Positions 9,107-16,726 of a stretch of 64,000 nucleotides of DNA are shown here, one piece after another. This DNA is from Lentimicrobiaceae bacterium (GTDB taxonomy: Bacteria > Bacteroidota > Bacteroidia > Bacteroidales > F082): contig PANC01000017.1 in assembly GCA_002708315.1 (NCBI GenBank), positions 7,512 to 71,511 of the forward strand. Direction: 5' to 3'. Positions within the stretch are counted from its first letter, which is position 1. Each line of letters starts with the position of its first letter. The notes under the pieces were generated by a model. That model ran no database searches. It saw only the letters and a program-made list of their open reading frames with translations, and was not told the DNA's origin. The position numbers and the translations under genes are program-made.

Positions 9107-10870
9107 TCAGAATTTCCATTCTTCTGCAATTTCCCAATTAGCTCTTATTTTTATTTCCTTGGGAAAATATTGAACTTTTTCAGGCTGTAGATCTTTTGTT
9201 AGATCTCCTGGGTCCCATTTATGATTATTATTATCATCAAAGATAATTTTGAATTGAACCGTTTGAGGTTTTATATAATTATATGTTATGGTAGTGTCAT
9301 TCGAAAAATAAGCCTCATTTAAAATTTCCTCCTTTTCATTCAGCATTTGAATTATATAATTTTGCTTCTCATGGGGGAATAATTTTAGTGTAAGAAACCC
9401 GTAATCACTTGTTGGTAATGTTTTAAAACGAATCTCAATTTCTTTGGAATGAATATTATTCCAACTAGTAAAAGCTGAGTCAGGGAAAGATATGTAGTAT
9501 TTTGTTTCCTCTTCCACTTTAAAAGGGATTTCTATGGTTCTTCGAATGCTATCAACAAATATTATTTCAGGATTTAAAATAGTATCCGCATTAATCACAA
9601 GTATGGATGAATCAACATTATTAAACTTTATCATTGGCTGATTAAAGGTGATTTGTAGTTTACCATCGGGCTCCAATGTACTGGAGGAAATATTAGATTT
9701 CCAACTTAAAAATTCCTTCTTACCTTCTTCTTTTTCCCTAACTCTAGCTGATTTCTTCGATGGATCTAGTTTTAAATATGCTATGCCAAGAGTATCACCA
9801 TATTCTTTTATTAGCAGTTCAAGAGAATCTATGGTAGGGTTATTTAAGTACCATACTAGTGTATCTGAGTTTGCAGAATATTCAGAAAGAATAAGTGAGT
9901 CACTTAATTGATATTTGAGCTTCTTAAAAGTAACATTGTTTGCAGGTTGTGAAAATGAAAATAATATTTTGTTTTTTGCAGGAACTACTGCCTTTAATAG
10001 CCTCTGTATTGTATCCTTAGATGTAAACATATATAAATCAATACCATATTTTTCAATAAAAAGGCTGTCTGTGGTAAATGATTTTTCTTTTTTAAAACTA
10101 TTAGTATCAAGTGTCGCTATATCGCTGCTATCGCTATTAATGGTGTCTAATGATATGGTAGGAATAAATATGGGGTGTATTAATGAATCTAGGAATGCTA
10201 TTTCTTCAACAGGCTGATCAAAGAAAAAGTTACTATTCTTATCATTTAGTCCAAAAGCGAAGAAATAATTATTCGATAAACCTGAAAACCGAAACTTGCC
10301 ATTTTTATCAGTTTTACTGAGGTAGTATGGTGGTATTAAATATGGTAATGAATCAAACTCAATGGTGTCATTGTTGTCCTTGTATAAGCCAACATATGCG
10401 CCTTCAACTGGTTCTAGGTTAAATGCATTTATAACTTTACCAAAAATACTCAAGGAATCAACAAATTTACCCGTCGAAAATATATAAATATAGTTACTCA
10501 GGGGGTTCTTTTCCGTTATGTCTGTTATAGCATCACCAAAATACACTGAGTAAGTAGTGTTGGGCATTAATTCCTCGTTAAACTTTACCTGAATGCTCTT
10601 CCCCTTTATTTTAAAGTCAGGCATTTTTGCCATTGGTGGCGAAATTAAAGCAGACTGTTGGATATTTTCAAGAGAAATAAATTCGTTGAATTTGATTATA
10701 AATTCATTGCCGATAAAATTGGCACTACCATTTGCGGGGTTGGTTTCAATCACAGTGGGAGCGGTTTCATCCTTGGGCCCACCTCCGGGAGGAGTTATTG
10801 AGTTGGCACAATTGTTCATAGCAATTGCAAGTAGCAGTATTGCTGATAAATGTAATACTCTTTTTAGCAT
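9107..10870 (-). CDS. Ig-like (SbsA/Big_5-type) domain lipoprotein
   Basis: Lipobox (IAMNNC). DETAPTVIETNPANGSANF follows, typical of the SbsA-type Ig-like domain start. The remainder is not recognised. Confidence 0.6.
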   Translation of the reverse strand: MLKRVLHLSAILLLAIAMNNCANSITPPGGGPKDETAPTVIETNPANGSANFIGNEFIIKFNEFISLENIQQSALISPPMAKMPDFKIKGKSIQVKFNEELMPNTTYSVYFGDAITDITEKNPLSNYIYIFSTGKFVDSLSIFGKVINAFNLEPVEGAYVGLYKDNNDTIEFDSLPYLIPPYYLSKTDKNGKFRFSGLSNNYFFAFGLNDKNSNFFFDQPVEEIAFLDSLIHPIFIPTISLDTINSDSSDIATLDTNSFKKEKSFTTDSLFIEKYGIDLYMFTSKDTIQRLLKAVVPAKNKILFSFSQPANNVTFKKLKYQLSDSLILSEYSANSDTLVWYLNNPTIDSLELLIKEYGDTLGIAYLKLDPSKKSARVREKEEGKKEFLSWKSNISSSTLEPDGKLQITFNQPMIKFNNVDSSILVINADTILNPEIIFVDSIRRTIEIPFKVEEETKYYISFPDSAFTSWNNIHSKEIEIRFKTLPTSDYGFLTLKLFPHEKQNYIIQMLNEKEEILNEAYFSNDTTITYNYIKPQTVQFKIIFDDNNNHKWDPGDLTKDLQPEKVQYFPKEIKIRANWEIAEEWKF

Positions 10871-10914
10871 TTGATATTTTATACTTGCAAAGATGCAAAT
10901 TATTGCAATTGATA

Positions 10915-11532
10915 TTAAATACTCTTACCTATACTTCTAATTAAATATCCTTTATCAATAAAATGTCTTAAAAATTTTGGTAAAGCATATTTTAAATTCC
11001 TTTGTGATTTTTCACTATCGTGGAAAACTATAATTGATCCTGATTTTGTATGTTTTATGGAGTTTCTAAGGCACCTTTCCATGCTAACATTAGAGTCGAA
11101 ATCATATGTTAGAATAGACCACATGATAATTCTATAATTATCCCTTAATAATTTAATTTGTGAAGGAGTAATCCTGCCATATGGTGGTCTGAAATAATTA
11201 GAATCTATATGTTCATGAGCCTTCAAAATATTGTTTAAATACTGATCGTCTTTTGTTGTCCATCCATTTAAGTGATTGTGGGTATGATTACCAACGTCAT
11301 TTCCATTCTCTATGATTGAATCAAAAACCTTGGGGTATTTGCAAACGTTTTCGCCAACACAGAAAAAAGTAGCGCTAGAACTGTGTTCTTTCAAACAGTC
11401 TAGTACCCATGTTGTTATGTGCGGATGGGGTCCATCATCTAGGGTAAGAAAGATTTCTTTAGCTGTAGTTTTTAAGTTCCAGGTTAAATCTGGGAAAATA
11501 TATTCCAGTATGAAAGGGCTATTTACAATCAT
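10915..11532 (-). CDS. Polysaccharide deacetylase (NodB homology) family protein
   Basis: LTLDDGPHP, ATFFCVG and HTHNH motifs are present. The listed start at 11574 is a TTG, so the ATG at 11532 (MIVNSPF...) is preferred. Confidence 0.75.
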   Translation of the reverse strand: MIVNSPFILEYIFPDLTWNLKTTAKEIFLTLDDGPHPHITTWVLDCLKEHSSSATFFCVGENVCKYPKVFDSIIENGNDVGNHTHNHLNGWTTKDDQYLNNILKAHEHIDSNYFRPPYGRITPSQIKLLRDNYRIIMWSILTYDFDSNVSMERCLRNSIKHTKSGSIIVFHDSEKSQRNLKYALPKFLRHFIDKGYLIRSIGKSI

Positions 11533-11667
11533 GTGGTAACAAAAATAACATAGAGAATGGTTTGTAGAGCACAATTTCTTAATTTTGTTGAAAAATATGC
11601 AGGTCTATACACCTTGATTATTCAGGACATGCTATTTATAGTAGTTTATCATCCAAATAGAATAAAA

Positions 11668-12414
11668 ATGAAGAGATTAGTTCTTGTAAGACATGGGCAA
11701 AGTGAATGGAATAAGCAAAACAGATTTACTGGATGGAAAGATGTTACTTTATCTGACCAAGGAATCAAAGAAGCTAAAAAAGCAGGTCAGACATTGAAGA
11801 AAGAGGGGTTTGAGTTTAAACTGGCATATACATCTTATCTAACAAGGGCTATTAAAACTTTATGGTTAATTCTTGAAGAAATGGACATGATGTGGATTGA
11901 GGAAAGAAAGAGCTGGCGTTTAAATGAAAAACATTATGGCGCTCTTCAAGGACTCAACAAAATGGAAACTTCAGATAAGTATGGTACAGATATGGTGCTC
12001 TTATGGCGCAGAAGTTTTGCGACACCACCTGAGCCTTTGATGACAGATGATGAACGAAACCCTAAATTAGAAGCAAGATATGCTGATTTAACGCCAGATG
12101 AGCTTCCAATGACAGAATCATTAAAAGAAGTAATAGATAGACTTATTCCTTATTGGGAAACAGAAATTAAACCTGCATTGCATGAGAATAAGGACTTGCT
12201 GATTACAGCACATGGTAATAGTCTAAGAGCTCTTGTTATGCACATTAAGAATATGAGTAAAGAAGAAATTCTAGGCTTCAATATACCTACTGGTGTTCCT
12301 TATGTGTTTGAATTTGATGATGATCTTAATTTTGTTAAGGATTACTTTATTGGTGATCCAGAAGAGATAAAAGCATTGATGGAGAAAGTTGCTAATCAGG
12401 CAAAGGCAAAGTAA
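11668..12414 (+). CDS. gpmA: 2,3-bisphosphoglycerate-dependent phosphoglycerate mutase
   Basis: The ATG at 11668 gives MKRLVLVRHGQSEWN (catalytic RHG motif at the usual position). ERHYG-like NEKHYGALQG and AHGNSLRAL follow. The 37 codons upstream in the ORF track are an artefact. Confidence 0.9.
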   Translation: MKRLVLVRHGQSEWNKQNRFTGWKDVTLSDQGIKEAKKAGQTLKKEGFEFKLAYTSYLTRAIKTLWLILEEMDMMWIEERKSWRLNEKHYGALQGLNKMETSDKYGTDMVLLWRRSFATPPEPLMTDDERNPKLEARYADLTPDELPMTESLKEVIDRLIPYWETEIKPALHENKDLLITAHGNSLRALVMHIKNMSKEEILGFNIPTGVPYVFEFDDDLNFVKDYFIGDPEEIKALMEKVANQAKAK

Positions 12415-12446
12415 TACAAGTTCTTTTGTCCAAATAATATTTTTAA

Positions 12447-13178
12447 ATGATTAAGAAGTGGGTAATCCCAGATATACATGGTTGTTTTAGAACACTAGAA
12501 ACTCTTGTTGAAAATCATATAGTGCCCAACAAAAATGACCTAATGGTATTTTTGGGAGATTATATTGACAGGGGTCCTGATAGCAAAAAGGTAATAGACT
12601 ACATAATGAATCTTCAAAGCAATGAGTATAATATTGTTGCCCTGAAGGGAAACCATGAAGATTATTGTGTAAAAGCCTATAATGCTGATAAAAATAAAAA
12701 AAGCTTTCTAGGATTAAAGTCAAAAACAAAAATTCAGAAAGAATGGGAAATGCATGGGGGAAAACAAACCCTTGTTAGTTTCAATGCTGAATCACCAGGA
12801 GATATACCAGAGAATTACATTCGATGGATGGATGAATTACCCTATTATTATGAGCTGGATAATTACATTATTGTTCACGCAGGCCTAAACTTTAAAGAAG
12901 ACGATCCCTATTCAGATAAACATTCAATGCTATGGATTCGCGATTTTCAGGTAGAGGAACATAAGATAAATAATAAAAAAATTATTCATGGACATGTTCC
13001 CGTAAACCTTGAGTTCATAGATTTAGCAATTAACAATAATGATTACAAATTTATTGATTTGGATAACGGGGTTTATTTTGATGACAGAGTAGGTTATGGA
13101 AATTTAATTGCTTTGGAACTAACCTCTATGAAGTATTCTATACAATCACTAATGGATGATGTTAGATATGGTAAATAG
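12447..13178 (+). CDS. Metallophosphoesterase (PPP/ApaH-like Ser/Thr phosphatase family)
   Basis: It has DIHGC, GDYIDRGPDS, GNHE, VHAG and HGH, the full calcineurin-like phosphoesterase motif set. Confidence 0.75.
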   Translation: MIKKWVIPDIHGCFRTLETLVENHIVPNKNDLMVFLGDYIDRGPDSKKVIDYIMNLQSNEYNIVALKGNHEDYCVKAYNADKNKKSFLGLKSKTKIQKEWEMHGGKQTLVSFNAESPGDIPENYIRWMDELPYYYELDNYIIVHAGLNFKEDDPYSDKHSMLWIRDFQVEEHKINNKKIIHGHVPVNLEFIDLAINNNDYKFIDLDNGVYFDDRVGYGNLIALELTSMKYSIQSLMDDVRYGK

Positions 13179-13193
13179 ATATAATATATTTCA

Positions 13194-13449
13194 ATGAAAA
13201 GAGCTTTAACAGGCATTATTCTTGCAGGAGTTGCCAGTCGGAGAATGGTCTGAGATAAATGACTTGTCTCTTACAAGGGTAAAATTCTCATTGAATACTC
13301 CATAGAAAATATAAAAGGTGTTTGTGATACTATCATAATTAGTTCAAACAAATTAAGGGAATATAACAATTTGCAGTACCCTAGTAATTAAAGATTTTAC
13401 CGATCCAATAAGACCCTTTGGCGGGATATATTCCTGCCTTTTAGCATAA
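13194..13449 (+). pseudogene. Decayed MobA-like nucleotidyltransferase (molybdenum cofactor guanylyltransferase family) fragment
   Basis: My translation gives MKRALTGIILAGVASRRMV*DK*LVSYKGKILIEYSIENIKGVCDTIIISSNKLREYNNLQ. After a frame shift near 13380 it continues VIKDFTDPIRPFGGIYSCLLA*. The LAGGxSxRMG-like and GP(L)GGI-like motifs are recognisable. There are two in-frame stops and one frameshift, and only about 85 of the roughly 190 expected residues remain. Confidence 0.65.
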
Positions 13450-13488
13450 CTAGAGATATTTATTGAAGTTTTTTGCGTAATTCAAAAT

Positions 13489-13698
13489 TTATCTATTTAT
13501 TTCTTCTGAAAAGTATTTCACGTAATAATTTTCTCTTTCCAATTTGGTCATTCCAATACTTTTTTCCATGAAAATATTTCTATTTATCCTGCTTTTAAAT
13601 ATCCATATGCAGACACTATCCTTACTGTGATATATGGCTTTTAGCTCATCATCAATCTTACATATTTCTTCAGGAATTGTTGCTTTAATACATATCAT
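13489..13698 (-). CDS. Hypothetical small protein (doubtful)
   Basis: This is the only ORF in the gap downstream of the cysteate-synthase-like gene, on the same strand. It starts at the ATG at 13698, or at a TTG at 13749 that overlaps the upstream stop. No recognisable motif. Confidence 0.3.
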   Translation of the reverse strand: MICIKATIPEEICKIDDELKAIYHSKDSVCIWIFKSRINRNIFMEKSIGMTKLERENYYVKYFSEEINR

Positions 13699-13742
13699 AA
13701 TTGATAAATTAAAAATATTGGTAAGTATTATTGATATTGGGC

Positions 13743-15032
13743 TTACCAATAAAGGGCATTTAATTTTTTCTTGACATCTTCTTCTTTTGGATCCATATCA
13801 AACACTAAAGATGGTTTTAAATAGAAAAGTTCACTCTCATCTTTGAATCTCTGCTCTCCTCCTCCTGTTATATTTAGCATTATAATGCTTTCTTCAGATA
13901 TGGTTTTATTTTTTACTTCATTTATCAATGTTGCAGTTGCCACAGCTGCAGCAGGATGTATATCTATACCTTCAGTTTTTTCAAATAATATGGCTGCCTC
14001 TTTGGCTTCTTCATTTGTTGATAATAATACATCACCACCAGCATCTTTCATAGCATCAAATAGACCTCCAATAATACCATATGGAGGCTTTCTGTTGGAG
14101 AGTACTTTTGCATCTATTATTTCTACTTGTTTTCTTGCTTCATCATCATTAAATGGCAGCATTTCTCTTGATTTTGCCTTCCAGGCATCATATATGGGTT
14201 TAAATGGATAATTTTGACTAACCATTAACTTCATCTTACGATTACCAAACCTTCCATCCTCAATAAACCTCAAGTTTGCCTCCCAGGCTGCAATTGCACC
14301 TGTTCCGCTTCCTATTGCTTGAAAATAATATTCTGGAATCTCTCCTATTGTTGTGGTTGCAGATAACATGGTTGTTCCCATACCATCTCTGCGTGCTACA
14401 TTTTTCGCACCTCCCTCTGCATAAAACTTACTCATCTTGCATGCAATATTTGAAAGATGAATTGCATCAAAATAATCACTTCCACTTTTACTACAAATAA
14501 GTTTAACACAGTCATTTAATGGTTTATCAAACCATAGTGCGTTGATATTGTCTTCGGGAACACTTAGTAGTATTGGTATATTGTTTTCAGAACAAACCTG
14601 CGCAAATGCTCTTGCCGTATTTCCAGCTGATGCAACAACAAGTATTCTTGTTTCATTTCCACTCATTCTGCCACATACACTAAAGGCTTCTGTTTCTTTA
14701 AAAGAGCATGTTTTCATTGTGGCACCAATTTCTGGCCAGTATCCACTAAATGTAATGTATAGGTTATTTAACTTAAGATATTTTGCCAAACCTATACTCT
14801 TGTATGTTATTGGAGAGCTCGAACCCATCAATGCTCTTTTAATTGGGAGCCAATCTGAGAATTTATATAATCCGTTGCTATTGTCTTTTAAATTTAGTTG
14901 TGGGTTATCATATATTGCCCTTATTAAAGAAGCAGTATCTTCATTTTCAGGATCTAAATCCCAACCCTTATCTTTAAAAACATTACCAGTTGCAACCGAC
15001 ATCAGGTTATAGGCTGTATGTACGTCAATCAT
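13743..15032 (-). CDS. Threonine-synthase-like PLP (fold type II) enzyme, probable cysteate synthase
   Basis: It has a TCSFKE PLP-lysine motif, ASAGNTARAF, and the glycine loop AIGSGTGAIAAW. The approximately 430-aa length and overall layout match my recollection of the cysteate synthase family (methanogen CoM pathway; bacterial CapA of capnine synthesis). This was not verified by search. Confidence 0.6.
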   Translation of the reverse strand: MIDVHTAYNLMSVATGNVFKDKGWDLDPENEDTASLIRAIYDNPQLNLKDNSNGLYKFSDWLPIKRALMGSSSPITYKSIGLAKYLKLNNLYITFSGYWPEIGATMKTCSFKETEAFSVCGRMSGNETRILVVASAGNTARAFAQVCSENNIPILLSVPEDNINALWFDKPLNDCVKLICSKSGSDYFDAIHLSNIACKMSKFYAEGGAKNVARRDGMGTTMLSATTTIGEIPEYYFQAIGSGTGAIAAWEANLRFIEDGRFGNRKMKLMVSQNYPFKPIYDAWKAKSREMLPFNDDEARKQVEIIDAKVLSNRKPPYGIIGGLFDAMKDAGGDVLLSTNEEAKEAAILFEKTEGIDIHPAAAVATATLINEVKNKTISEESIIMLNITGGGEQRFKDESELFYLKPSLVFDMDPKEEDVKKKLNALYW

Positions 15033-15053
15033 TTAATTGAAATTTATGCTTCG

Positions 15054-15061
15054 CAAAGATA
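15054..15061 (-). promoter_or_regulatory. -7 promoter box TAnnTTTG (TATCTTTG on the minus strand)
   Basis: The plus strand reads CAAAGATA. The box lies 22 nt upstream of the ATG at 15032. Confidence 0.5.
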
Positions 15062-15131
15062 AGAATTCAGAATACAGAAGTATTTGTAAAACTAATTTTT
15101 TAACCTTTTTAGGGAAATAATTAATTAAGGA

Positions 15132-16538
15132 TTACATGAATGGTGTTGATTCAACGTCTTTTAACCCGAATATATCCTCCAAACTAAGCTGAGGTCTTGA
15201 ATCATCATGCTCAAATACTAAATTGTGATATTGGATATTGCTGCCATAGGACCATATACCTGCAATTGGGTTCTTTGTTTGTTTGAGAGTTCTTATGAAC
15301 TTCTTTTTAAGAATTTTTTCATTGTACAATTCATGCCAATTTATGGATATTTCTTTATCCATTGTTTCTTGATTCATTAAGTCATGATTCCAAACAACTT
15401 CACCAAAATGATAATGTTGCCAGTCTTGTGGAAAGTTGTTAAATTTAATCTTTCCATCTTCTTGCATTCTATTGAATAAACGAGTCCCAGGTAATGGTGT
15501 TAGAACTGTTGCCTGCACGGAATCTATAGCTGCATTATTAATATACTTTGTTCGTGCTTTCATGGTTTCAGGAGTGTCTGTTTCCAAGCCATAAATAAAT
15601 GCTCCTAATACGGCAATACCATACTTGTGTATTTTATTGAAAACTATTTCGTAGCTGTCTATTTTCAGCATTTTAGCATTCAATCGCTTATTCATATCTT
15701 GAAGTTGATCAATACGCTCCGATTCGATGCCCAATAATACCATTCTGCAGCCTGCTTTTGCTGCTAATTCTATTACTTCTTCATTATCAGCAAAATTCAT
15801 GGAGGCTGAGCAGAACCATTCTATTTTTATTCCCCTTTCAATTATACCATTACAAAATTCTATCGTTCTTTTTTGTGCTCGCTTTCCATATCCAATTAGG
15901 TTATCATCAACAAAATAAACCATGCTATGGTTAATTGTTTCTAGTTCATCTAAAACGTCTTCTATGGGTCTGTATCTATATGAATTTCCGTTAAAACTAG
16001 GAACAGAGCAGAACTCACAATTCATAGGGCACCCTCGGGATGTTTGAACACTAGAGAATTTATAATCCTTGTGAAATATTTCATGCTTAGGTCTAACCAT
16101 TTCCTCCATTGGTAATAGCTTACCCGTATACTGGTTTTTCATTTTCCCTTTGGTAAAGTCTTCCAAAAGTGTTTTCCATACACTTTCCACTTCTCCTACT
16201 ACAACTGCACTGACAATTTTTTTTGCTTCCTCTGGCATCATTGAAGCATGTATACCTCCAAGAACTGTTGGAGTGCCTTTTTCTTCATAAATGGTTGCAA
16301 TTTCATATGCACGTGTAACACTTGAGGTTAGGGCAGTAATGCCAACTAAGTCAGCATCTATATATTCAAAACTATCAAAATTCTCATCTATTAATTCAAC
16401 TTCCCAGTCATCTGGAGTTAGGGTTGCAATTATGCCCAACCCCAGTGGTGGATAGATTACTTGTCTATGTATAACTAGTCCTTTAGTGCTGGTATTAAGA
16501 GGGTTAACCAACACAAGCTTCTTTTTTTGTTTTGTCAT
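15132..16538 (-). CDS. B12-binding-domain radical SAM protein
   Basis: The N-terminal part has a Rossmann-like B12-binding layout (LGLGIIATL ... GGIHAS). A CPMNCEFC (CxxxCxxC) radical SAM cluster motif sits in SRGCPMNCEFCSV. Confidence 0.8.
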   Translation of the reverse strand: MTKQKKKLVLVNPLNTSTKGLVIHRQVIYPPLGLGIIATLTPDDWEVELIDENFDSFEYIDADLVGITALTSSVTRAYEIATIYEEKGTPTVLGGIHASMMPEEAKKIVSAVVVGEVESVWKTLLEDFTKGKMKNQYTGKLLPMEEMVRPKHEIFHKDYKFSSVQTSRGCPMNCEFCSVPSFNGNSYRYRPIEDVLDELETINHSMVYFVDDNLIGYGKRAQKRTIEFCNGIIERGIKIEWFCSASMNFADNEEVIELAAKAGCRMVLLGIESERIDQLQDMNKRLNAKMLKIDSYEIVFNKIHKYGIAVLGAFIYGLETDTPETMKARTKYINNAAIDSVQATVLTPLPGTRLFNRMQEDGKIKFNNFPQDWQHYHFGEVVWNHDLMNQETMDKEISINWHELYNEKILKKKFIRTLKQTKNPIAGIWSYGSNIQYHNLVFEHDDSRPQLSLEDIFGLKDVESTPFM

Positions 16539-16557
16539 AATACGGTTCTTTATTTAA

Positions 16558-16565
16558 CAAATATA
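16558..16565 (-). promoter_or_regulatory. -7 promoter box TAnnTTTG (TATATTTG on the minus strand)
   Basis: The plus strand reads CAAATATA. The box lies 20 nt upstream of the ATG at 16538. Confidence 0.5.
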
Positions 16566-16689
16566 TAACATCTCTGAACATGTAAGATAACAAACAAGAA
16601 TTTGTCAGCTAATCATAATTGTAATTAGCTATTGACTAATCACTATTTTATGACATTAAAAAAATTATTTATCTGTGCTAGATTAATAA

Positions 16690-16697
16690 TATATTTG
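16690..16697 (+). promoter_or_regulatory. -7 promoter box TAnnTTTG (TATATTTG)
   Basis: 29 nt upstream of the ATG at 16727. Confidence 0.5.
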
Positions 16698-16726
16698 GGA
16701 ATTGAAATCAAATATCTACAATTATT

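Noticed and set aside
8941-9129. 62-aa minus-strand ORF in the ade/Ig-like convergent spacer
   Set aside because: It overlaps the 3' end of the Ig-like gene. It has F/L/I/Y-rich composition typical of random AT-rich ORFs, no promoter box and no motif.
11557-11667. 37-codon N-terminal extension of gpmA in the ORF track
   Set aside because: The extension starts at a non-ATG codon, overlaps the divergent deacetylase gene and promoter region, and precedes the canonical MKRLVLVRHGQSEWN start. The real start is the ATG at 11668.
13843-15012. Plus-strand ORFs (122, 74 and 156 aa) inside the cysteate-synthase-like gene. The same kind of ORF occurs in ftsA (44629-45360), the MMPL fusion (37302-38108) and mfd (22409-24497).
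   Set aside because: All are antisense to genes with strong motif support. Long stop-free antisense frames are expected in AT-rich coding DNA, and none has a start context or a recognisable domain.
13743-16538. Treating the radical SAM gene and the cysteate-synthase-like gene as one operon or system
   Set aside because: They are separated by 99 nt that contain an exact -7 box (15054-15061) placed 22 nt before the downstream ATG, so independent transcription is at least as likely. The functional link is kept only as a low-confidence hypothesis.
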